Under the pieces are notes generated by a model, which saw nothing but the letters and a program-made list of their open reading frames with translations, was not told the origin of the DNA and searched no databases. Positions 8,889-18,454 of a stretch of DNA of 50,388 bases are shown one piece after another (the first letter of the stretch is position 1; each line of letters starts with the position of its first letter). The stretch lies in the NCBI GenBank assembly GCA_038247415.1, contig JBBRUX010000028.1, forward strand, positions 1 to 50,388, given 5' to 3'. The position numbers and the translations under genes were made by a program. Origin of the DNA: Chitinivibrionales bacterium. GTDB taxonomy: Bacteria > Fibrobacterota > Chitinivibrionia > Chitinivibrionales > WJKA01.

Positions 8889-9872
8889 ATGGAACAAACT
8901 CAAACCCTGCCACGTACGCGCAATAAACGAATCGATGAATTTCGTGGTGCCACGATCATGCTTATGGTAATAGCCAATTATATTGGAAATATTCACGGAA
9001 TACCTGCGTGGCTTAAACACCCCAAAGATATCGGTCTTACTATCATCGATTTTATTGCTCCACTTTTTATGCTTGCGGTTGCTTTGTCACTGAGGACATC
9101 TGTCGTGCGTCGCATTGAGCATTCAGGAAGAGCCAACACCACTCGACACATCCTATCCCGTGCATTCGCGCTCATCGGCATAGGTACGCTTTTTTCATCT
9201 GCAGACGTCCTCTTTTCTGGCTCTCATAGCCCTCTCTTGTGGGGAGTTTTACAAGCGATAGGCGCCTCAATTGCAATCGCATATTCCATGCTTTCGCTCC
9301 ATTGGCTCTGGCGAATTACTGTTGCAACGCTGCTTTTAATTGGATACCAGTTTGGCTTGGAACATGGGTGGCAAGCCCTTGTCCTCGCTTCTTCTCATGG
9401 AGGAATTTACGCAGCCCTTTCATGGACAGCCTTGCTACTCTTATTTACGGTGATTGTCGAACTCTACGACAACCGTCAACATGCCCGATTGCTCGTTTAC
9501 GCCGTGTCTCTGCTTTTTATAATCTTTGGCATTCTATTAGCCTACTGTGGAATACCAATCAGCAAAGCCAGGATGACCATAAGTTTTGTATTTCTTGTTG
9601 CAGGGCTTTGCCCACTTGTATATATAGCATATTGTTCTTTTGTAAATATCTTTTCGATTACACATGCCGGGTTAAGCATGTGGGGGAAAAATTCTCTTGT
9701 TCTTTTTGGCCTTCATGGAATTCTGATAGGTGCTGCTTCTATCCCTAAAAACCCAGCAATTTACACCCATGCAAAAGGCGCTGCTATTCTTTTAGGGCTT
9801 GCCATCTGTTTTGCTGTGCTGCACACCGTAGCTTTTTTACTTGATAAACACAATAAGATTATTTCTTTATGA
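8889..9872 (+). CDS. Heparan-alpha-glucosaminide N-acetyltransferase-like membrane protein
   Basis: RIDEFRG..I.LM..N, conserved His, D.I.P.F and GVLQAIG motifs; multiple TM helices. Confidence 0.75.
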   Translation: MEQTQTLPRTRNKRIDEFRGATIMLMVIANYIGNIHGIPAWLKHPKDIGLTIIDFIAPLFMLAVALSLRTSVVRRIEHSGRANTTRHILSRAFALIGIGTLFSSADVLFSGSHSPLLWGVLQAIGASIAIAYSMLSLHWLWRITVATLLLIGYQFGLEHGWQALVLASSHGGIYAALSWTALLLLFTVIVELYDNRQHARLLVYAVSLLFIIFGILLAYCGIPISKARMTISFVFLVAGLCPLVYIAYCSFVNIFSITHAGLSMWGKNSLVLFGLHGILIGAASIPKNPAIYTHAKGAAILLGLAICFAVLHTVAFLLDKHNKIISL

Positions 9873-10144
9873 CCTCAGAGCGCATGCACTGCCGCAAAGG
9901 ATGCGGGGCTTGCTGTAGTGCCATATCCATTAGTTCTCCGCTTCCGCATCATCCGGCTGGCAAAGCTGCGGGAATACGCTGCAGCAATCTTGATACTTTT
10001 AATGTGTGTTCTATTCATGGAACGCCAGAATATCCTGGGGTGTGTCAAAATCTGACCCCTATGGAGGATATGTGCGGGAATACCTATGAAGAAGCTTTTA
10101 GATATTTGGAGGAGTTGGAGAGATTGACGAAGCCGGAATTTTAG
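9869..10144 (+). CDS. YkgJ-family CxxCxxCC cysteine cluster protein
   Basis: CRKGCGACC..ISISSP, GK.AG.RC and CSIHG...P.VC motifs. Confidence 0.85.
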   Translation: MTSERMHCRKGCGACCSAISISSPLPHHPAGKAAGIRCSNLDTFNVCSIHGTPEYPGVCQNLTPMEDMCGNTYEEAFRYLEELERLTKPEF

Positions 10145-10285
10145 CAAACAGGATTTAAAAGATTAAGCTGGAAAGGGCTCGGTAGCCCTTTAAATCCAAC
10201 TCGGAAAATGCTTTCCAGATAGCCCAACCCCCTACCCCCACACTTGGGGTTTACTGAATATAATACTAAACTTCTAATTTCTGAG

Positions 10286-10495
10286 TTGTAAACGGAGTGC
10301 CACCGGCAGTGCGCGAGGACTCAGGCACGTAGTGCCGCATGGCTGAGCGCACCGGCTCGCGAAGCGAGAGCATGGAGGAAGCCGCATCGGAACACCCGAA
10401 GGGGTGGGCCCGCTTCGCTTGACTTAGGGGTGGTCTGCAGCAACCACCCTTAAGAACCTCAAGCTGATCCGGGACGAAGTGATGGGTGTTTACAA
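10286..10495. repeat. Structured repeat, copy D (divergent, with terminal inverted repeat)
   Basis: TTGTAAAC / GTTTACAA ends; core CAGGCAC-GTA-GTGCCGCA...ACCGGCTCGC-GAA-GCGAGAGC shared with the other three copies. Confidence 0.7.
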
Positions 10496-10550
10496 ACCAT
10501 AATGCCAAACTTTAAATTTCCGAATGGATTTTGTCGTGCTCTTATGCGCA

Positions 10551-10699
10551 AGGCAGGACTGGAGGGTGGTGGATGAACGAAGTGATTCCGCCAGTCTGGA
10601 GAGACCCAGGCACTCTGTGCCGCAGGGATTGACAGACCGGCTCACGAAGTGAGAGCCCAAAAGGAGGGCCGACCGGCCTCAGGCCGGATGCGCCCAGAT
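10551..10699. repeat. Structured ~150-nt repeat, copy A
   Basis: Colinear with 49788-49938 and with the reverse complement of 49516-49657; multi-hairpin. Confidence 0.9.
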
Positions 10700-11232
10700 A
10701 TTTGAATTAGTATCCCCCTTATCATCTCATACTCCTTCTCATGCTGCACAAAATGAGGCGGGCACTCTTTACATATTCTACATAATTCAGGATACTTAAC
10801 AAATCGCACTGCCGAAACTTCTTCTGTTTGAAGTACACACTGGGCCACTCCCACATCGAGATTAACATAGTAAATATCGGTAAACTCGCAATCATCAACA
10901 TTTATAGCAATGTTTGTATATCTAACCTTTTCTGTAGCAAGAAAATTAAGCTGTTCTGGTTCAACCTTAAGGCCAAGCTCTTCGTAAAGCTCACGCGCTG
11001 CACCCTCAACCGATGTATCTCCCGCGCAAAGGTGTCCAGCAGCAGAAACATCCCAAAATCCCGGGAACGTTTGTTTAGAACATGATCGAAGTTGAAAAAG
11101 CACCTCGCCCTTTGGGTTAATAACCCACACATGCGCCGATTTATGCCAGATCCCCTGCCGATGGGCTTCGTCACGAGCAACTTGGTTTGCCGTTGGAAGT
11201 CCTTGGTCGGTTACAATGTCAAAAAACTCCAT
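10642..11232 (-). CDS. NUDIX hydrolase (IDI-like)
   Basis: H..G.WH and WDVSAAGH motifs, Nudix box G.....GAARELYEELGL. The C-terminal ~19 codons lie inside repeat copy A. Confidence 0.85.
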   Translation of the reverse strand: MEFFDIVTDQGLPTANQVARDEAHRQGIWHKSAHVWVINPKGEVLFQLRSCSKQTFPGFWDVSAAGHLCAGDTSVEGAARELYEELGLKVEPEQLNFLATEKVRYTNIAINVDDCEFTDIYYVNLDVGVAQCVLQTEEVSAVRFVKYPELCRICKECPPHFVQHEKEYEMIRGILIQISGRIRPEAGRPSFWALTS

Positions 11233-11234
11233 TA

Positions 11235-11747
11235 CTAAAAATGCTCCCATCGAACTACATCTGAAAGCAGTTTACGTTTTTTTTGAGGGGGCGTTGCTAA
11301 AGGATATCCTAGCGGCGTAATTAGAATTGGTTCCCAATCTGCTGGAATGCGCAAAAGCTGTACGGCCGCATTTCGATCAAAAGCAGCAATAAAACAGGTT
11401 CCAAGCCCTTGTTCCGTGGCAGCAAGAATCATATGATCCATAGCAAGAGCGGCATCTACCATTGCATAGGATAGTCCATCGGCACGTTTCCAGGCCGCAC
11501 TTTTAGAAACACACACGATAATATATACTGGTGCTGTTAAAAACCAGTCGCGAATATATACCGACCCCATACCTTGGCGAACTTCTTCGCTGGTTACAAC
11601 AATAAACGTCCACGGCTGAATATTACATGCCGAAGGAGCGATAGTGCCCGCTGTAAGAACGGTTTCGAGGATTTCGGGGGAAATCGGCGTGTTTGCATAG
11701 GAACGAACAGAGTAGCGTGAAGCTGCTAAATCGAAAAAGGTTGTCAT
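11235..11747 (-). CDS. Nitroreductase family protein
   Basis: RYSVRSY, APSACNIQPW and GLGTCFI motifs; GAGGA RBS. Confidence 0.9.
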   Translation of the reverse strand: MTTFFDLAASRYSVRSYANTPISPEILETVLTAGTIAPSACNIQPWTFIVVTSEEVRQGMGSVYIRDWFLTAPVYIIVCVSKSAAWKRADGLSYAMVDAALAMDHMILAATEQGLGTCFIAAFDRNAAVQLLRIPADWEPILITPLGYPLATPPQKKRKLLSDVVRWEHF

Positions 11748-11897
11748 ACTATTTCCTCTCATTTTATCTGTGCATCAAAGAGTGTATTTTGATATAATAC
11801 AATACTACGTATTGCATCTCCTAAAAAAGGTTCTGCGTAGGTTCTTTTTCTAAAATACGCATTTTCATTCAACTCGGATAAGGAATTTTGCACCCCT

Positions 11898-13337
11898 ATG
11901 GCACATACCGATTCATACGTCAATCCGCTCATCGAACGATACGCAAGTCAGGCAATTTCATATGTCTTTTCACCAGACTTTAAATTTTCAACATGGCGTA
12001 AGCTGTGGGTTGCCCTGGCGACCTGTGAACAAGAGCTTGGTTTACCAATTACCACCGAACAAATCGAAGAACTAAAAGCTCATATTTCAGATATCGATTA
12101 CGCAGCAGCAAATGCCTACGAGAAAAAAACACGTCACGATGTCATGGCTCATGTGCTTACCTATGGCGATGTATGTCCGCTCGCTAAACCTATCATTCAT
12201 CTTGGCGCAACCAGTGCGTATGTTGGCGATAATACCGACCTTATCCAGATTAAAGAAGGCTCTAAAATTATTCTGCAACGATTGCGCAAACTTATTCACA
12301 CGCTACGCGATTTTGCACTGCGCGAACAATCGACCGCAACCCTTGGATTTACCCATTTTCAATCTGCCCAACTTGTTACAGTTGGTAAACGTGCAACCCT
12401 CTGGATGCTCGAACTGTGCCTGGATGCCCAGGCGCTGCTTTCGTATACCGAAACTCTTCCCTTTCTTGGCGTTAAGGGAACCACAGGAACCCAGGCGAGC
12501 TTTTTAAGTCTTTTTAATGGCGATCACGAAAAAGTCAAGAAACTTGATTCGCTCACGTCTCATGCCATGGGTTTTGATACAGTACTTCCCGTTGCTGGCC
12601 AAACCTACACCCGCAAGCTGGATGCCCAAATTGCTGCCATTCTTTCGGGGGTTGCCCAGTCACTTCACAAAATGGCAAACGACATTAGGCTCCTTGCTCA
12701 TCTTAAAGAAATAGAGGAACCCTTCGAAAAAGACCAGATAGGGTCGTCGGCAATGGCCTATAAAAGAAACCCCATGCGCTCGGAGCGTATTACCGCCCTT
12801 TCTCGTTTTGTAATAACGCTCTCGGTATCGCCTGCCCTTACCGCAGCCGAGCAATGGTTCGAGCGTACACTCGACGATTCGGCAAATAAAAGACTGGCCA
12901 TACCCGAATTATTTCTAGCTACCGATGCCATGCTTATCATTGCGGAAAATGTAGCACATGGCTTGGTGGTTTATCCCGAAGTAATTAAACGACACATTAA
13001 CGCCGAGCTCCCTTTTATGGCCACCGAAAATATTCTTATGGGTGCCGTTAAAAATGGTGGAGATCGCCAGGAGCTCCACGAATTAATTCGGGTCCATTCA
13101 CAAGAGGCGGCCATGCAAGTAAAGCAATTTGGCCGGGAGAACGATTTACTCGATCGTATTGCTTCCGACCCAGCTTTTCATATGACGCGTGCCGATATCG
13201 ATGCAATCCTTAATATTTCGGATTTTGTTGGACGAGCGCCAATGCAGGTTGTAGAATTTATGAAAAGCACGGTAGATCCGTTGCTTGAACGGCTCTTACC
13301 CTTTGGCACTGCAACAGACGTCGCTCTTACGGTTTAA
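11898..13337 (+). CDS. purB: Adenylosuccinate lyase
   Basis: RHDVMAH, HLGATS and GSSAMAYKRNP signatures. Confidence 0.95.
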   Translation: MAHTDSYVNPLIERYASQAISYVFSPDFKFSTWRKLWVALATCEQELGLPITTEQIEELKAHISDIDYAAANAYEKKTRHDVMAHVLTYGDVCPLAKPIIHLGATSAYVGDNTDLIQIKEGSKIILQRLRKLIHTLRDFALREQSTATLGFTHFQSAQLVTVGKRATLWMLELCLDAQALLSYTETLPFLGVKGTTGTQASFLSLFNGDHEKVKKLDSLTSHAMGFDTVLPVAGQTYTRKLDAQIAAILSGVAQSLHKMANDIRLLAHLKEIEEPFEKDQIGSSAMAYKRNPMRSERITALSRFVITLSVSPALTAAEQWFERTLDDSANKRLAIPELFLATDAMLIIAENVAHGLVVYPEVIKRHINAELPFMATENILMGAVKNGGDRQELHELIRVHSQEAAMQVKQFGRENDLLDRIASDPAFHMTRADIDAILNISDFVGRAPMQVVEFMKSTVDPLLERLLPFGTATDVALTV

Positions 13338-13351
13338 CACGGGAATTCTCG

Positions 13352-14209
13352 ATGCGCGTAGACTATCACATGCATGCACCCTACTGCGGACACGCACAAG
13401 GGAAAACTATCGAATATGTGCAGTCTGCTATTGCTCAAAAACTCGATCAAATTTGCTTTACAGATCATCTTGGCAGATATTATCTCACAGCATCTCAACA
13501 AAAACGATATTGGAACTGGGGGATGGACGAAGATAAGATCCCGCGCTATGTAGAAGAAGTCTGTGCGCTTCGAGATGTTTACCAAAGTAGAATCGACATT
13601 CGCGTCGGTATCGAGGCAGACTACATCGAAGGAGCAGAAGATAAGCTTGGGAGCATACTAGCACAACATCCCTTCGATTTTGTACTCGGATCAGTTCATT
13701 GCATACCCCGCTTTGGGTGGGAGCATCTTTCCGATGTCACCGTGAAGGATGCACAAGAATTGTACAGGGCTTATTTCGAAACAGTAGCACAAGCTTTGCG
13801 TAGTGGTTTATTTCAGGCAATTGCGCATGTGGATTTTATTTGGCGCTCTATCAAATTGCCCCCGGGTAGTTTTCCTTTTGTAAGAGACCTCATATCCGCA
13901 CTATGTGAAGTTGCGGGGAGTACTAACACTGCACTTGAAATAAATGTAAACGGCTACCTCTGGTCTCAAATGAACCAAACCGCCGAGCCCGATGTATACA
14001 CCCACTTTGTTGAACAAATTCGTCATAATGCAGTCATGGTCACCCTCGGTTCCGATGCACATGCCCCAAAAAACGTTGCAAAAAATTACGACCAGGTCAT
14101 ACCGTATCTTCACAACCTCGGAATTCGTTCGGTAGCTACCTATAAAAATAAGCGCATGAGGCTTGTAACCCTTGCACAAGCCCAACAAAAAAACCCCAGT
14201 AGTCTTTAA
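13352..14209 (+). CDS. PHP-domain histidinol-phosphatase (HisJ/HisK family)
   Basis: DYHMH, FTDH, GSVH, AHVD and GSDAH motifs. Confidence 0.85.
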   Translation: MRVDYHMHAPYCGHAQGKTIEYVQSAIAQKLDQICFTDHLGRYYLTASQQKRYWNWGMDEDKIPRYVEEVCALRDVYQSRIDIRVGIEADYIEGAEDKLGSILAQHPFDFVLGSVHCIPRFGWEHLSDVTVKDAQELYRAYFETVAQALRSGLFQAIAHVDFIWRSIKLPPGSFPFVRDLISALCEVAGSTNTALEINVNGYLWSQMNQTAEPDVYTHFVEQIRHNAVMVTLGSDAHAPKNVAKNYDQVIPYLHNLGIRSVATYKNKRMRLVTLAQAQQKNPSSL

Positions 14210-14253
14210 AAGACCACCGGGGCAATGCAATTACATCTGGAGTCACGAAACAG

Positions 14254-14424
14254 TTACTGTGGAGCGATAGCGCTGGCAGGGCACACCGAAGCACAGGCGC
14301 CACAATCAATGCATTTGTCAGCATCGATCACATAAATCGGACTACCTTCACTGATTGCTTCTACCGGACATTCCGGTACGCATGTTCCGCAGGCGATGCA
14401 ATCGCTGGAAATTTTATAGGCCAT
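14254..14424 (-). CDS. 2[4Fe-4S] ferredoxin, 56 aa (absent from the ORF track)
   Basis: MAYKISSDCIACGTCVPECPVEAISEGSPIYVIDADKCIDCGACASVCPASAIAPQ; two CxxCxxCxxxCP motifs; AAGGAGG RBS. Confidence 0.95.
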   Translation of the reverse strand: MAYKISSDCIACGTCVPECPVEAISEGSPIYVIDADKCIDCGACASVCPASAIAPQ

Positions 14425-14569
14425 GCATTCCTCCTTTTCTGTTTAGGTTAAACATCAATCACGCACACCACACCCGGATGTGCACCTTAAAATCTTTTTT
14501 AAAGGATTAAACCAATTAAAAAGATCCTCTCTATAAAATACACTGTGCATAAGGTATTTTCTTTTCCTT

Positions 14570-17077
14570 ATGAATACATATCAAACATGGTACCAGGCTT
14601 CTTATCCAAAACTAGCAGGCTACGGCTTATGGCTGCGTGGACCTATCCGCAACTCCATAAACCTCAAAGAATTTGATACTGCTTCAAGCACAATTCTTAT
14701 TGCCCGGCTTTCGACTTTTGCAGATACCTCCGAATCTATTACGCATCAGGTACTGTATGGCATTGCTCGCTCTATAGAAGGCGTTTTTGCTGACTGTTCT
14801 TTTTTACCGCCTCCAGCAGATGTGGCAGTGTTTGCCGACGACCATATTCCCTGGCTTTTGGGCACGCACACCAAACGAGGCCCGAGGGATTTTTCCTGTA
14901 TCGCCTTTTCGCTTTCTATTGTACAGGAAATGCTTAATATCGAAACGGTGCTTACAAAAAGCGGCATTCCCGTTTCACGCGGTGAACGCCTCGATGACGA
15001 GAGTATTCCCCTTATTCTCTTAGGGGGCGCAAGCTCTTCTGCAAGTGCACTTTTATGCGGGAAAGATTCCCCGGTAGATGGAATCTACTGCGGCGATTCA
15101 ACCGATGCAATACGCTCCATCTTTCTCACGATCAATACTTTAAAAAAATCGGGGACAAAAAAACGAGATATTCTTCTGGCCCTTAGTTCTATCAATGGCT
15201 TTATCCTATCCGACAAGCCAGAATCAACAAGCCTTACGGTAGAACATCCGCTCCATTGCAACGACTATCTCACACATCCCCCGCTCTTTGCAAAACCAGA
15301 AAACAACGGTAAAGCCACGCTCCAAATTTCCGAAGGATGTCCTGCATTTTGCTCGTTTTGTGCCGAGTCGTGGAACAAGAAGCCCTATCGCGAAGTTTCC
15401 GTGCAATCGCTTCTTTCTTCCGTTCGCGCATGCAAAGCAGGTACTGGTTGCTGGGATATAGATCTCTATAGCTTCAATTTTTCGATGCATCGTGATTTAT
15501 ATCAGATTTTATGGAATATCCCCCGGTGTGTATCGTCGATAGGTCTTAAAAGTCAACGACTAGAAATGATCGCGCACGATCCCGGTTTGCTGCCTATTCT
15601 TCATGCAGTAGACAAAACAAGTATTACACTTGGTCTTGAAGGTATTTCTGCACGTTTGCGTCGCTACCTTGCCAAAAGTCTTAGCCAGGAAGATATCCGC
15701 GATGCACTCATAGCTGTATTCTCTCATAAAATAAGGGAACTTAAAATATTCCTGATTGCAACAGGGCTCGAAAACGACGAAGACATTGCTGAATTAGCCC
15801 AGTTTGTAGATACTATCAATGCACTCAAGGAAACGTTTCGTACACAGGTGAGAGTCATTTTTTCTATTACACCACTTGTTCGGTTTCCGTTTACTCCTCT
15901 TGCACTTGACAACTGCTCTCCCGTTGCAGATGTCAAAAAGATAGTCGGCCGCATTGGAAGTATCATACGAGCGCGTCATGCAGAATGCCGCTCGGCGTGC
16001 ACTGCCGAAGAATCTTTTATTTCTCAGGCGCTTATAAGGCCTATAAATACCTTAGTTTACACTGCCTTTAAAAATGCCCTTAACGATACCGGCTTTATTT
16101 ATTACAAAGAAATAGATGCTTCGTTTTATGCCATGGTCATTGCCAAATTGGCGCTTGTAGGAATCTCTCCCGAAAGCATTCTTAAAGCAATTGACCCACA
16201 AGACTCCGTGCCATTTTTGCCCGTGAAAAATGTCATTTCCGACTCGTTTTTGGAGGCATCAAGAAAAAACGTTCTCACTACTATCGACGAGGGTTTTTGT
16301 TTAGGAACAACCAACAATCACGGAACATGCCGTGGGTGTGAAGCGTGCGATTCCCAGGAATTACAAACCGTAATAACGCACAAGCGCAGTAAAGCTCCTT
16401 TTACGGGAGACGCGTTAAAGGCGCTTCTCAAAGAAAAAAAGGTGCAGGAAACTCCGCTTATGATAGAGATTATTGTAGACCCGCTTGCTAAGGGGTTACC
16501 CCGCGAAGTACTTGGTGCAGCAATCATTGGTTCTCTTGCACAGTGTTTCCCGCACCACACAGATGCTCTGGGTTCATATAAAGGTAGCTATTGGAGTAAA
16601 TCCGATCCGTTTACTACCATTACGGGACATGATATTGTCACTATTAAGTGTGCATCAAGTGCCATGCAAAGTATTGCTTTAGCACTCACACACGACCACA
16701 CAATCGATGCCCTCAATGCAAACCTTGTCGGCATGTGTAGTATACAAAAGCAACAAGCTAAGATGCCCTCACGAGTATCGCTTTCAATCGTGTCGCCATT
16801 TCCACTAGCGCTCGATACCTATTTTTCACTGCACCATCTCAAATATACTGCTGTGGGTAAAGGTAAGGGTGTCAAGGAATTCTCGTTAACCCCACAATCT
16901 TACAAAAAGAATATTCTTTCGGATATACTCTTTACGCCCGACCCAACACCCTCTGGGACTCTAACGTTTTGCGCACTCGAGAAATTTGTTCTCCGAGATT
17001 TTTGCACGCATGCGGTAGCACTCCCTTCGGCCCATGATTGGGTGAAGATTGCAATTTCTGCACATTTTGAATTTTAA
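14570..17077 (+). CDS. Radical SAM protein (TIGR03960-like)
   Basis: GCPAFCSFC radical SAM motif, N-terminal FSL...QE..N and LGG segments, second Cys cluster C...CRGCEAC. Confidence 0.75.
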   Translation: MNTYQTWYQASYPKLAGYGLWLRGPIRNSINLKEFDTASSTILIARLSTFADTSESITHQVLYGIARSIEGVFADCSFLPPPADVAVFADDHIPWLLGTHTKRGPRDFSCIAFSLSIVQEMLNIETVLTKSGIPVSRGERLDDESIPLILLGGASSSASALLCGKDSPVDGIYCGDSTDAIRSIFLTINTLKKSGTKKRDILLALSSINGFILSDKPESTSLTVEHPLHCNDYLTHPPLFAKPENNGKATLQISEGCPAFCSFCAESWNKKPYREVSVQSLLSSVRACKAGTGCWDIDLYSFNFSMHRDLYQILWNIPRCVSSIGLKSQRLEMIAHDPGLLPILHAVDKTSITLGLEGISARLRRYLAKSLSQEDIRDALIAVFSHKIRELKIFLIATGLENDEDIAELAQFVDTINALKETFRTQVRVIFSITPLVRFPFTPLALDNCSPVADVKKIVGRIGSIIRARHAECRSACTAEESFISQALIRPINTLVYTAFKNALNDTGFIYYKEIDASFYAMVIAKLALVGISPESILKAIDPQDSVPFLPVKNVISDSFLEASRKNVLTTIDEGFCLGTTNNHGTCRGCEACDSQELQTVITHKRSKAPFTGDALKALLKEKKVQETPLMIEIIVDPLAKGLPREVLGAAIIGSLAQCFPHHTDALGSYKGSYWSKSDPFTTITGHDIVTIKCASSAMQSIALALTHDHTIDALNANLVGMCSIQKQQAKMPSRVSLSIVSPFPLALDTYFSLHHLKYTAVGKGKGVKEFSLTPQSYKKNILSDILFTPDPTPSGTLTFCALEKFVLRDFCTHAVALPSAHDWVKIAISAHFEF

Positions 17078-17081
17078 CTTG

Positions 17082-17987
17082 TTAATTTACAGAAGACGCA
17101 GAAAATCGATCGGCAGTTTGCGCTACTACGCTTGTTGGATCAAGACGCGGTATCAGATATTCGGCAGGATCCACCGCTTTTTCATTGCGCCAAATTTCGT
17201 AGTGTACATGGGGGCCCGTTGCCAAGCCACTTGCTCCAACGGCTCCAATAATATCCCCTCGTCTAACCATATTTCCCGTTTGAACATATGCTTTTCCTAA
17301 ATGAGCATACACCGTTGTAAAACCAAATTGATGTTCAATGGTTATACGTACTCCCCACACCGGATCATTTTCGGTCCTTGCAACACGACCATCGCCCGTC
17401 GCATACACCGAAACATCTTTAACTCCAACAAAATCGATGCCATTATGCATTCGATTCTCTCCAGTAAACGGATCTTTATTGATCCCAAATTTAAGCCCAT
17501 ATAAAGGAGCTCCAAAAATTGGCCAAGCAATAGGAATGCGGGAAAAAAAAGCAGGGTTCTGATTGCACAATCCGGCAACAACCGTGGCAACATGCAAATT
17601 AGCATCTATCCGTTGAAGCAGTTCATCGATATTTTTAGGTGAAAGCTTTTTTTTGCGAGTGTTTACTTTTGTTTTTTCTGTATTTTGTGTAAGCAAAACT
17701 ATAGTCTTGCGCTTTTCTTCGAGCTGTTCGGCTTGTTTTTTAAGAGAAAGCAGCTCTTCGCGAATAAGCCGTGTTCGAGCTTTAAGTTCGCTATTCTGAT
17801 GAGCAAAATTTCGTTTCTGATTCTGCTCTACAATGTCAAGCCGCATTTGACTAAAAGGAATAAAGTAGCCTGCAAACCCCGCACAGATAATACCTATCAG
17901 TACAATAACAAAAAAAGGGCGCACCTTCCGTAAAATGAGAGGTGCGCCACTAGGCCTGATAACAACAAACGTGGACTTCTTTTTCAT
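17082..17987 (-). CDS. M23 family metallopeptidase
   Basis: TM segment, coiled coil, HNGID, YAHL and TGPHVHYEI motifs. Confidence 0.9.
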   Translation of the reverse strand: MKKKSTFVVIRPSGAPLILRKVRPFFVIVLIGIICAGFAGYFIPFSQMRLDIVEQNQKRNFAHQNSELKARTRLIREELLSLKKQAEQLEEKRKTIVLLTQNTEKTKVNTRKKKLSPKNIDELLQRIDANLHVATVVAGLCNQNPAFFSRIPIAWPIFGAPLYGLKFGINKDPFTGENRMHNGIDFVGVKDVSVYATGDGRVARTENDPVWGVRITIEHQFGFTTVYAHLGKAYVQTGNMVRRGDIIGAVGASGLATGPHVHYEIWRNEKAVDPAEYLIPRLDPTSVVAQTADRFSASSVN

Positions 17988-18343
17988 TAAATCCCGGTTA
18001 TTTCTTCGTCATCAACTATTGGTCGCCCTTTTTTTCGTGCTTCTTCGTGGATTTGCTGAATTTTATCAGCAATGGAAACAAGCTCAAAATTAAGCGCCTT
18101 GATTGTTTCTATACTTTTAAGAACAGCAAGGTCTTTATCTACACCTTCGCCTTTTTGTGCAGTTATGCAATCGAAAACCCGTTCTCCAATATCAAGAAAA
18201 TTACGATCGATTTTGCGCTTTGCAGCGAGTTCGTCGATTTTGAGTTTTCCGATTTTGGTATACTCTTCGATTTTTTCAACCGACATTGTAGCGCCATCAC
18301 GCAACCCTTTTTTAATTTTGCTCCATACAGAATCTATCTCCAT
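17987..18343 (-). CDS. Hypothetical coiled-coil protein
   Basis: AAGGAGG RBS; stop overlaps the M23 start. Confidence 0.75.
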   Translation of the reverse strand: MEIDSVWSKIKKGLRDGATMSVEKIEEYTKIGKLKIDELAAKRKIDRNFLDIGERVFDCITAQKGEGVDKDLAVLKSIETIKALNFELVSIADKIQQIHEEARKKGRPIVDDEEITGI

Positions 18344-18454
18344 AGCAACCCTCCTTAAACAGTTTTTAATCGCTTTTATGCACCAGATGCACCTTAAGAA
18401 GTATACATTCCGGATTCAATCTTAGTAACCCCCACTTTCGTCAAAAGTGCATTG

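Noticed and set aside
10266..10508. 80-aa minus-strand ORF
   Set aside because: Coincides with structured repeat D; likely a by-product of GC-rich hairpins.
10551..10699. CRISPR array or known riboswitch as the identity of the repeat family
   Set aside because: No regular repeat-spacer pattern and no cas genes; copies lie at gene 3' ends and match no riboswitch consensus I recognise.
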